DNA from: an uncultured Verrucomicrobiota bacterium
GTDB taxonomy: Bacteria > Verrucomicrobiota > Verrucomicrobiia > Palsa-1439
NCBI GenBank assembly: GCA_903825435.1
Contig: CAIKAP010000043.1
Span: forward strand, 282-64,281
Direction of reading: 5' to 3'
Length of the DNA stretch: 64,000 nucleotides
Both the position numbers and the translations under genes were made by a program. Below are positions 39,861 through 48,387 of the stretch, piece after piece; position 1 is the first letter of the stretch; each line of letters starts with the position of its first letter. Below the pieces are notes generated by a model, which saw only the letters and a program-made list of their open reading frames with translations, was not told the DNA's origin and made no database searches.

Positions 39861-39962
39861 CGGAACGGCAAACTGCAGATTGCAGACGCGCTTCCATGCC
39901 GATGCTTCTAATGAAAGTTTTGCGCACAGTCAAGCCCGGAAACTTGGATGTCGGATTCCGGT

Positions 39963-40427
39963 TTAGAGCGCCTTAGACCGTGGTTCGTTCCGCCAAGAGA
40001 CGATGATGTAAAGGATGACGCCGACGCAGATGGCGCTGTCGGCGACGTTGAACGCGGGCCAGTGGTTGGCGCCGATGTAGAAGTCGAGGAAGTCCACCAC
40101 GCAATGCAGGCGAAGGCGGTCAATGACGTTGCCGACGATGCCGCCCGCAATCAAGCCGAGCGCCCACCCGGAGGAGGGGCGATGGATGCCGAAGGAATGA
40201 CGGAACAGATAGAGCGCCAGCACCGTCAGCACGGAGATGATGGCCAACACGATGTTGTAGTCGCGGAAAATGCCCCACGCGGCGCCCGTGTTGCACCAGT
40301 GGACCAGTTGAAAGAACCCGTCAATGATCGGGATCGGCTGCGTCGGGCTGATGTACTGCACGACCAACCACTTCGTCAGCTGGTCGAGAACAACAATGAG
40401 GACGGCAATGATCCCGACCCGCCTCAA
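39963..40427 (-). CDS. lspA: Lipoprotein signal peptidase II
   Basis: LspA conserved regions (…NTGAAWG…FNVADSAI…). Confidence 0.9.
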   Translation of the reverse strand: MRRVGIIAVLIVVLDQLTKWLVVQYISPTQPIPIIDGFFQLVHWCNTGAAWGIFRDYNIVLAIISVLTVLALYLFRHSFGIHRPSSGWALGLIAGGIVGNVIDRLRLHCVVDFLDFYIGANHWPAFNVADSAICVGVILYIIVSWRNEPRSKAL

Positions 40428-41044
40428 TCCTTCTCCTCAGCCTCTTCCTTTTCGTCGCCTTCCTCGTCGTCCTTCTCGTTGAAGATGCCGGTCACGGCGG
40501 CAGGCCGACGGTGGTCCTTTTCCTCGGTGGACTGACACTGAATGCACTTCCGCGCGAACGGAACAGCTGCGAGGCGCTCCTTGCGGATAATCTTGTCGCA
40601 CATCTCACAGATGCCGTAGGTGCCGCCTTCGAGGCGTTTGATCGCCTCCTCAATTTCATAGAGTGCGTCCTGCTCGTTAGAAACGAGGCTGAGCGCGAAC
40701 TCGCGGTCGAAATTGTCCGTGCCGGCGTCGGCCATGTGGAGGCTGGAGCTGCTGAGTTCGACGGAGACTTCGCGGTTGGAGCGTTTCAAATTGTCGCTGG
40801 CGAGGAAACTCACACCGTCAATCAAGTGGTCGCGCAGATCCAGCAACAGCTTCTTGTATTTCGCCGCGTCATACTTCGACAACTTCAGCTTCTTCGGAGG
40901 CGCTTCGGGCGCGGGCGCCGTCGCTTTAACAGGCTTGGCAGCCTTCGGGGTCGCTTTCGGAGCAACCTTCGGCGCGGGCTTGGCTTTCGCCTTGGCCACC
41001 GGAGCTTTCTTCTTCACTACTTTGACCTTTTTCAACTTCTTCAT
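40424..41044 (-). CDS. DksA/TraR-family C4 zinc-finger protein with Lys/Ala-rich N-terminus
   Basis: C-terminal CEMC…CIQC zinc finger and DksA-like coiled region; N-terminus KKLKKVKVVKKKAPVAKAKAKPAPK; ATGA overlap with the ileS stop. Confidence 0.7.
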   Translation of the reverse strand: MKKLKKVKVVKKKAPVAKAKAKPAPKVAPKATPKAAKPVKATAPAPEAPPKKLKLSKYDAAKYKKLLLDLRDHLIDGVSFLASDNLKRSNREVSVELSSSSLHMADAGTDNFDREFALSLVSNEQDALYEIEEAIKRLEGGTYGICEMCDKIIRKERLAAVPFARKCIQCQSTEEKDHRRPAAVTGIFNEKDDEEGDEKEEAEEKD

Positions 41045-43794
41045 GATGTAAATCCTTTCACGACTTCCGCGCATCGTCCACACAACTGTGCGTGCGCTGC
41101 TTCCGCTCCCACGTCCATCGTCCAACGCCAGCAGCGGACGCACTTCTGACCGTTCGCTCGGCTGACGATCACCCGTGTTGCATTGCCCGTCGGCGCAGCC
41201 AACTGCACAGCCGACACGATCAACACCGTCTCCAACAACGACCCGAAATCTGCCAACAGCTTCCACGTCTCCTCGCTGTCCGGCGCGATCTCAACCTGCG
41301 CCTCCAGCGACTTGCCAATGACGCCCGACTGACGCGCCTTCTCCAGTTCCAGCGCCACTGCGCTGCGCACTTCCAACACCTTCTGCCAGCGCGTTTCCAG
41401 CGCCGCGTCCCGCACCTTCGCGTCCACTGTCGGAAACGCCGCCAAGTGGACCGACTCTGCGTCCCGTCCTCCAAAAAAGCTCCACACTTCGTCCGCCGTA
41501 AATGGCATCACCGGCGCGATCAACTTCGCCAGCGCACTAACCGTCTGATGCATCACCGTCTGCGCCGAGCGCCGTTCGGGCGAACAGGGCGCAAGTGTGT
41601 ACAGCAGGTCTTTCATCACGTCAACGTAAAAGCTGGACAATTCCACCGCGCAGAAAGCGTTCACCAAATGATAGACCCGGTGAAACTCAAACCGCTCGTA
41701 CGCCTCTGTCAATTCCGCCACCAGCGCCTGCAATCGCGACAACAACCAGCGGTCAATCGCCGTCAACTTATCCGACGGCACAGCATCCTTGGCGAGGTCG
41801 AAATCGTACAGGTTCGCCAACAAGATACGGAATGTGTTCCGTATCTTCCGGTAGGTGTCGCTGACACCATCGAAAATCTCATCCGACAACGGGATGTCGC
41901 CTTGGTAATCCTCCGACGTGATCCAGAGCCGCAACACGTCCGCACCGTACTTGTTAACGTAGTCCTCCGAGTTCGCCGGTCTGCCGGCGGACTTGGATAT
42001 CTTTGCCTTCTTTCCGGTCTCCTCGACGTGGACGACGAGGAACCCGTGCGTCACCACCGTCTTAAACGGAGCCTTGCCTGCCGTCGCCATCGCCGTCAAC
42101 AGCGACGACTGGAACCAACCGCGATGCTGATCGCTGCCTTCAAGATACACATCTGCTGGGTAGGCCAGCTCGGGACGCGTCCGCAACACCGAGCGATGGC
42201 TCACGCCCGACTCGAACCAGACGTCCACGATGTCCGGGCTCTTGTCGAGGTTCGCAGAACCGCACGACGGGCATTTTACGTCACCGAACAACTCCGCGAC
42301 ATTCCGCTCAAACCAGATGTCCACGCCGTCTTTCACCACCTGCTCGCGGAACTTCAAAATCAGATTCTTGTCCAACAGCGGTTTGCCGCAATCCCGGCAC
42401 AACAGGAAAGGCAACGGCACGCCCCACGCCCGTTGGCGCGACACGCACCAGTCCGGTCGCATCCCGATGGTGCCCGCGATCCGGTTCTCGCCCCACGCCG
42501 GCACCCACTGGACCTTCTTCACCTCGTCCAGCGCGCTCTGCCGAAGTCCCTGGTGATCGAGCGCGATGAACCACTGCTCCACCGCGCGGAAAATGATCGG
42601 GTTCTTGCACCGCCAGCAATGCGGATACGAATGTTTGATGTCTGCCGTCGCCGCCAGCGCGCCGATGTTGCGGATATGTTCGACGATCGGCTTGTTGGCC
42701 TTGAACACGTACTGCCCGGCGAAATGTCCTGCTTCCTTCGTGAACACGCCGCCATCGTCCACCGGCGCGAGCGTCGGCAGTCCGTACTTCTGCCCGATCT
42801 CGTAATCTTCCGCGCCGTGGCCGGGCGCCGTGTGAACGAGGCCGGTGCCTTGTTCCAGCGTCACATACGGCGAGATCACGATGGGCGACTCGCGCTCGAC
42901 GAACGGATGCTGCGTTATGATGCCTTCCAGCTTCGCGCCCGGAAGTTTTTCCAATACCTTCAACTCAATGCCGCACGCCTTGCCGACTTGCTCGACGAGG
43001 CCCTCGGCCAGCAACCACGTTTCGCCGTTGGCTTGTGCGCGGACGTAGGTAAGGTCAGATTTCACGGCGATGGCCACGTTGGCGGGCAACGTCCACGGCG
43101 TCGTCGTCCAGATGACGGCAAATTCGTTTGGCTTGCCTTTGAGGGCGAATTTCACAAACACCGAGTGCGAAACGTGGTCGGCGTATTCGACTTCGGCCTC
43201 GGCCAGCGCGGTCCGGCAACTGGCGCACCAGTACACCGGTTTCTTGCCGCGATAGACAAACCCTTTGCCGACCATCTCGGCCAGCGCGCCGATGATCTCG
43301 GCCTCGTACTGCGGCGACATCGTCAGGTACGGATGCTCCCAGTCTCCGAACACGCCGAGCCGCTTGAATTGTTTGCGCTGGATATCAATGTATTTCTCGG
43401 CAAACACCCGGCATCGCTTCCGCATTTCGGACTGGGAAAGTTTCTCACCGGATTTTTCCAGCTCTTTCTTGACCTTGTACTCGATGGGCTGGCCGTGGCA
43501 GTCCCAGCCCGGTACGTACGGCACGCGGTGGCCGCGCATAGTCTTGTACTTGACGATGACGTCCTTGAGGATCTTGTTCAGCGCCGTGCCGATGTGGACG
43601 TCGCCGTTGGCGAACGGCGGCCCGTCGTGGAGCACGAACAGCGGCGCATCCTTGCGCGCTGCCTGGATGCGCTCGTAGATTTTGTCCTGCTCCCAGTGAG
43701 CCAAAAGCTGCGGCTCCCGTTGCGGCAGGTTGGCCTTCATCGGGAAGTCCGTCTTCGGAAGGTTCAGCGTGTCTTTATAGTTGATTTCGCTCAT
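41041..43794 (-). CDS. ileS: Isoleucyl-tRNA synthetase
   Basis: 917 aa with HIGH-like (PFANGDVHIGT) and KMSKS regions; full-length IleS homology. Confidence 0.95.
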   Translation of the reverse strand: MSEINYKDTLNLPKTDFPMKANLPQREPQLLAHWEQDKIYERIQAARKDAPLFVLHDGPPFANGDVHIGTALNKILKDVIVKYKTMRGHRVPYVPGWDCHGQPIEYKVKKELEKSGEKLSQSEMRKRCRVFAEKYIDIQRKQFKRLGVFGDWEHPYLTMSPQYEAEIIGALAEMVGKGFVYRGKKPVYWCASCRTALAEAEVEYADHVSHSVFVKFALKGKPNEFAVIWTTTPWTLPANVAIAVKSDLTYVRAQANGETWLLAEGLVEQVGKACGIELKVLEKLPGAKLEGIITQHPFVERESPIVISPYVTLEQGTGLVHTAPGHGAEDYEIGQKYGLPTLAPVDDGGVFTKEAGHFAGQYVFKANKPIVEHIRNIGALAATADIKHSYPHCWRCKNPIIFRAVEQWFIALDHQGLRQSALDEVKKVQWVPAWGENRIAGTIGMRPDWCVSRQRAWGVPLPFLLCRDCGKPLLDKNLILKFREQVVKDGVDIWFERNVAELFGDVKCPSCGSANLDKSPDIVDVWFESGVSHRSVLRTRPELAYPADVYLEGSDQHRGWFQSSLLTAMATAGKAPFKTVVTHGFLVVHVEETGKKAKISKSAGRPANSEDYVNKYGADVLRLWITSEDYQGDIPLSDEIFDGVSDTYRKIRNTFRILLANLYDFDLAKDAVPSDKLTAIDRWLLSRLQALVAELTEAYERFEFHRVYHLVNAFCAVELSSFYVDVMKDLLYTLAPCSPERRSAQTVMHQTVSALAKLIAPVMPFTADEVWSFFGGRDAESVHLAAFPTVDAKVRDAALETRWQKVLEVRSAVALELEKARQSGVIGKSLEAQVEIAPDSEETWKLLADFGSLLETVLIVSAVQLAAPTGNATRVIVSRANGQKCVRCWRWTMDVGAEAAHAQLCGRCAEVVKGFTS

Positions 43795-43981
43795 GGGAGC
43801 TTCAGAGAGGGCGGAAAACTACCACGCACCCCTATCAGTGTCAACGCACGGAAAGCCTGAAAGGAACGCTGTAAAACCGGGTTTAATCAAAGCCCCAGAA
43901 AACTACATGCTTTGTTAGCACATTACCCGCTTCCCTCAACGGTTTCCAAGCTGGCGGAAGCTCGCGCCGCCATTCCAACGG

Positions 43982-44251
43982 TCATTGGTAAATGTGTTTA
44001 TGGACGCCGTTTTTCTCCGTCGTGTAAACATTCACGCGCGGGTTGCGAAGCAACTCGGCGAACTCATCGCGCGACTTGCCGGGATGACAATCAAGCGCGT
44101 TCTGGCCGATGAGTTTCTCGCCGCCGCGTTTCTCGAACGCACGGATGGCCACGTCGTTCATCGCGAGAATCACGCCGTCCGGATCGCAGACCGACACCAT
44201 CCCCGGAAACAACTGCACCCAAGTGGTCAACGCATCGTGGTTCGTCGTCAT
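43982..44251 (-). CDS. Small PAS-fold-like protein (89 aa)
   Basis: Weak PAS-like pattern; start overlaps the upstream lipoprotein stop. Confidence 0.35.
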   Translation of the reverse strand: MTTNHDALTTWVQLFPGMVSVCDPDGVILAMNDVAIRAFEKRGGEKLIGQNALDCHPGKSRDEFAELLRNPRVNVYTTEKNGVHKHIYQ

Positions 44252-45495
44252 GGCAGGTGTTTTACTCTAAATGACACACCTTTTTTACCGGCCAAATACT
44301 CCAGCGTCCCGTCGGCGCGAAATGTGGGGCCTCCTTTGATGATGCCATCGAATTCGGGGTCCAACTTCTCATCGCGCACAACAAACCACTTTCTCCCTTT
44401 TCTGGCTCCGTATGCGAGATGCTTGTTGTCGATGCTGAAAACAACTGAGTCGTTGAGGATACCGTCAAACTCGGCACCACTCTGTCCATCTAGTAGAATG
44501 CGCCATTTCTCGCCTTGACGTGCGCCATATGCAATGTGTTCGCCGTCGGAGCTGAAGATGGGTTTCGTGATGCTATCAAAAATCGGTCCCAGTTTGTGGT
44601 CTACCGCCACAGACCATTTACCTTCCACTCCCACAGCGTACGCGACACGCTTGCCGTCGGGGCTTAAAGAAAGCGATTCTTGGCCAATCGACTGAAACTC
44701 CGGCCCCGGCTGGCCATTGAGCACCACAAACTGTTTGCCAGCATTCTGGACTCCATAGGCCGCACTCTTCCCGTCGCGACTGATGGCAAAGTTCCCCTGT
44801 AACATGCCGTCAAATCCTGACCCCATCTGCCCGTCCAGCACGACCAGCCATTTTCCACCATTGGAAGCGATGTAGCCGACGTGGTTGCCATCGGCACTGA
44901 AAACGACACTGCCTTCCCCAATGCCATCAAACTCAGGTCCCGCTTTCCCATCCAGCAAGAGACACTTCTTTTCTCCTTTCTTGATTCCATAAGCCACGTG
45001 CTTGCCGTCAGGGCTTAATGCAACTGAAGCGCCCATGAGACCTTCACACGCAGGTCCCGCCCGCCCGTCAACAACGACCATGTACTGAGTCCCTGCTCGA
45101 ACAGCATACGCAATATGTCTTCCGTCAGTACTCAATCGGACCGAGTTAACTCCAACCTCGTCAAACACGGGCCCAGGCCGTCCATCCAGCACCACAAGTT
45201 GCTTGCCATCCTCAATGACACCATAAGCAACATGTTTTCCATCAGCACTGAAAAGGACCGAATCTTTACTGATGACATCGAACCCCGGCCCCGGTTGGCC
45301 ATCAACCACCAGAACTTGTTTCCCATCTCGGACTGTGACGATGGCAAGGCGACAGCCATCCTTACTCGCCGCAATACCGAGTGACGGATTGGTTGGCTCC
45401 AACCGTTCCTCGATAATACCGTCTTTCGGGCGGCCGCAGCCCGCAAACGCAAGCACTACGAGGATCACGGCAATACGAAATACTATGCTACCCAT
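44248..45495 (-). CDS. Lipoprotein with approx 9 tandem PD40/TolB-like beta-propeller repeats
   Basis: Signal peptide + lipobox LAFAGC; repeated approx 43-aa unit VVLDGxxGPxFDxIxxxSxxFSxDGKHxAYxxxxGxKW. Confidence 0.65.
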   Translation of the reverse strand: MGSIVFRIAVILVVLAFAGCGRPKDGIIEERLEPTNPSLGIAASKDGCRLAIVTVRDGKQVLVVDGQPGPGFDVISKDSVLFSADGKHVAYGVIEDGKQLVVLDGRPGPVFDEVGVNSVRLSTDGRHIAYAVRAGTQYMVVVDGRAGPACEGLMGASVALSPDGKHVAYGIKKGEKKCLLLDGKAGPEFDGIGEGSVVFSADGNHVGYIASNGGKWLVVLDGQMGSGFDGMLQGNFAISRDGKSAAYGVQNAGKQFVVLNGQPGPEFQSIGQESLSLSPDGKRVAYAVGVEGKWSVAVDHKLGPIFDSITKPIFSSDGEHIAYGARQGEKWRILLDGQSGAEFDGILNDSVVFSIDNKHLAYGARKGRKWFVVRDEKLDPEFDGIIKGGPTFRADGTLEYLAGKKGVSFRVKHLP

Positions 45496-45507
45496 CGAGC
45501 CGAACCT

Positions 45508-46506
45508 TCACTTAGCCGCGAGCAGGGCAGTGACTTTGCGCATCACGGCGAAGGCGTCAGCGACATACAGCACGTCGGCTTTGCCGCGCGCCCAGCCGCA
45601 GTTAGGATCGAGGCTGATGGCGCGGCGCTCGTTGACGAAACGCCAGCCGACGGTGTGCGGTTCTTCGCCGTGGCAACAGGTCGAGAGACCTTTCGCATGA
45701 CGCGGCGTCGAGCCGGTCTGGCCGATCTGGTTGAGGTGGCTCATAAACGGCAACACGGCCTGGCCTTCGCCGCTGATGTCCACCAACGATTTGCTGCTGC
45801 CGAGCGACGATTTGCTCGCGTTGAGGAAACCGAGAATGATCTCGGCGGCCTCGGGAACGTGCGTCGCGCCGTCGGCTTGTTTCTTTGTCCAGCCGGCACC
45901 GGCGACGAAGAGCAGCTTGGCGTCGGGACGAATCGTTTGCTGTCTGGCTTCGGGTGCCTTGATGCCGGTGACTTGAGTGCGCGAGGACACCGTCACAGCG
46001 ACGGGCGTTGTGGTCGCGGTTCCAGCGGCACATTCCAGCGGCACGGTGCAGCCGGGATCGATTGCGATGAGCCACGGACGTTGTGTGCGCGTCATCTGTG
46101 CTTCCATGCGTTGGCGGTAATACCAGCGCGTGATGCCGGTCGCGGAAATGCCGGTGACGTGGGTGTCGGCGCGTCCGCTGAGACGGGCGGCAACACCGGC
46201 GGCGACGCGTCCCCAACGCGAGGTGTGCGGAACGATGATGATGGTGGCAGCAGCAGCTTTGGCGATGGCCTCGGCAGCGGCGGCATCGGTCGCATAACGC
46301 GGCTGCGAAAATTCCGGGCCGGTAACGGTGAGGAATTTCGCGGCGCCGCAACCGGCGATTTGGTTGGCGGCCTTCTGTGTGTCGGCGCCGATGAGGCCGA
46401 CGATCAATGTTCCGGTAATGTTCCGGCTGGCGGCGATGGCTTCGAGCGCGGGCTTGGCGAGCGAGCCGTCAGCTTCGGTGTGGGCGAGGACGAGAATGGT
46501 TTCCAT
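45508..46506 (-). CDS. etfA: Electron transfer flavoprotein alpha subunit
   Basis: EtfA/FixB homology including the FAD-binding C-terminus; start METILVLAH… with a GGAGA RBS. Confidence 0.85.
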   Translation of the reverse strand: METILVLAHTEADGSLAKPALEAIAASRNITGTLIVGLIGADTQKAANQIAGCGAAKFLTVTGPEFSQPRYATDAAAAEAIAKAAAATIIIVPHTSRWGRVAAGVAARLSGRADTHVTGISATGITRWYYRQRMEAQMTRTQRPWLIAIDPGCTVPLECAAGTATTTPVAVTVSSRTQVTGIKAPEARQQTIRPDAKLLFVAGAGWTKKQADGATHVPEAAEIILGFLNASKSSLGSSKSLVDISGEGQAVLPFMSHLNQIGQTGSTPRHAKGLSTCCHGEEPHTVGWRFVNERRAISLDPNCGWARGKADVLYVADAFAVMRKVTALLAAK

Positions 46507-46520
46507 GTTGGTGTCTCCGG

Positions 46521-47330
46521 TTATTGCTGGATCCATGCGATGATTTCCTTGGCGATGTCGTCGGCGCTCATGTCCTTGACGATCTTGGTCTGGCGCTGTT
46601 GTTTCGGGAGCGCGACGCTGGCGAAGGTGACGCCTTCGGCGGCGATCTTGGCGGGCTTCGCTTTTTGCAATGCCGGCATGATGGTTCGCATGTTGGCCAT
46701 GCCAATCTGCGGGTTGTTCGGCGGCTCGGGCAAGTTGCCCGTGGCCCAGCCGAGGACGGCGGGCGCGCCGGCGCACTTGGAGGCTTGGTGTTTGCCGCCT
46801 TCGACGCGTTCGAGAATCTCAAAGGATCCGTCGGCAGCAACAGTGATTTGGTCAACGCCTTGGAACTGGTCGGTGATGCCGAGTTTCTCGCCGACGAGTT
46901 GCATCGTGGCGCCCGCGCCGCGGGAGGCGGATTCCCAGCCACCGAAGACGAGGAGCTTGCTCATGTCGAGCCCCGGTATTGTCTTGATGGTGTCGGCGAG
47001 TGCGTTGGCGACGTCGGCGGCCTCCGTAAATCCGCTGGCAGGTCCGTCGATCGCGATGAGTTCGAAGCCAGCTTTTTGGGCGACGGTCATCATGACTTGC
47101 TGGAGCTTGGCTTTCGGGGCGAGGCTGACGAAATAGACTTTGCTGCCGGGGTTGTTCTTGGCGAGATAGGCCGCCTCAAACAGCGCGTGCCCGGCCCACG
47201 GGTCAAGGACAGCGGGCAACATTGTCTCATTTTTCAACGCCGGCCCGGCCGTCGTGGTGACCGGCTCCAGCGTTTGTAACGGGTCGGGCACGAGGCTGCC
47301 GCAAACGACAATTTGATAGGTTAAGCTCAT
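46521..47330 (-). CDS. etfB: Electron transfer flavoprotein beta subunit
   Basis: EtfB/FixA homology; start MSLTYQIVVC…. Confidence 0.85.
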   Translation of the reverse strand: MSLTYQIVVCGSLVPDPLQTLEPVTTTAGPALKNETMLPAVLDPWAGHALFEAAYLAKNNPGSKVYFVSLAPKAKLQQVMMTVAQKAGFELIAIDGPASGFTEAADVANALADTIKTIPGLDMSKLLVFGGWESASRGAGATMQLVGEKLGITDQFQGVDQITVAADGSFEILERVEGGKHQASKCAGAPAVLGWATGNLPEPPNNPQIGMANMRTIMPALQKAKPAKIAAEGVTFASVALPKQQRQTKIVKDMSADDIAKEIIAWIQQ

Positions 47331-47349
47331 TGAGTAATCTCCTGTCGAG

Positions 47350-47470
47350 GGTTTCTGTACCGTGTACGGCTGTGCTGTAGCAAGCACAGATTGCGTCGAA
47401 GCGTTTTGATCCTTTGCGCCAAATCACGCGCTTTCCCGCGCGAAAGCGCGCGCGCGAAACGGGTGTTGAC
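47350..47470. promoter_or_regulatory. Divergent intergenic region with two palindromes (candidate operator sites)
   Basis: CTGTGCTGTAGCAAGCACAG (7-bp arms) and GCGCTTTCCCGCGCGAAAGCGC (8-bp arms) lie between etfB and the cytochrome c gene. Confidence 0.3.
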
Positions 47471-47595
47471 GCCTGTCATGGCAGCATTAAACAACTAAGG
47501 CTTGTCCGCTGAGATGGTTAGCCATACAAGCGCACTATTTGGTACAAGCCTTGCACTGTAAGTTAGCGATTAGCTATTCACATAGGAGATATTTT

Positions 47596-48168
47596 ATGAA
47601 GACTATTTGTTCGATGGCTTTGATTCTGGCATTAAGCGTTATGGTTCGTGCTGCGGACCGCGATCCTACCAACTACGCCGGCGTGAAAATGTGTGGCATT
47701 TGCCACAAGAAAGACGACAGCGGCAACCAACTCGCCAAGTGGCAAACCAGCCCCCACGCAAAGGCGTTCGAGCTACTCGGCACGCCAGCGGGGAAGGAAG
47801 CAGGTAAAAAGGTTGGGGTTGATGACCCGCAAAAGAGTGGCAAGTGCCTGAAATGCCACTCGACCGCCTATAGTTTTACCGAGACGTGCGCTGTTGAGAA
47901 GATTAAACCTGAAGACGGCGTCACCTGCGAGTCCTGCCATGGCCCCGGCAAGAACTACATGAAGAAGAGTGTCATGGAGAACCGCGCAGACGCCATCGCA
48001 GACGGTTTGGTTTATCCGGCGACCAAGAGCTGCGAGCTTTGTCACAACGACAAAAGTCCGACGTGGAAAACCGACCGGTTCACCACCGAAGACGGCAAGA
48101 AGGTTGGGTTTGATGTCGAGCAGGCGTATGTGAAAATCAAACACACCGACCAGAAGGTCAAACACTAA
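47596..48168 (+). CDS. Secreted tetraheme c-type cytochrome
   Basis: Signal peptide; four CXXCH motifs (CGICH, CLKCH, CESCH, CELCH); AGGAGA RBS. Confidence 0.8.
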   Translation: MKTICSMALILALSVMVRAADRDPTNYAGVKMCGICHKKDDSGNQLAKWQTSPHAKAFELLGTPAGKEAGKKVGVDDPQKSGKCLKCHSTAYSFTETCAVEKIKPEDGVTCESCHGPGKNYMKKSVMENRADAIADGLVYPATKSCELCHNDKSPTWKTDRFTTEDGKKVGFDVEQAYVKIKHTDQKVKH

Positions 48169-48387
48169 GCCGCAAAACGAAATCCAAAGCCGGTCAAATT
48201 ATATCGGCTGTTGCTCGGAATTCATACCTTTAGTGTCTACCTCAGTATAACGAACATTATCGGCACATGTGGGCTCTCTGATCAAGTTGGAGTAGACTAA
48301 TGACATCTCGAAAGTATCGCTTCTCGCCAATTGACAAAAACAGAAACTGATGGTTCGCTCCGGAAAACTTGGCGCGGAGGTGGGCCA

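Noticed and set aside
41092-43860. 922-aa plus-strand ORF antisense to ileS, and many other long antisense ORFs (for example 45655..47136, 48934..49851, 25288..26118)
   Set aside because: These are typical high-GC antisense open frames: Arg/Ala/Pro-rich and without homology. They are entirely contained within strongly supported genes on the other strand.
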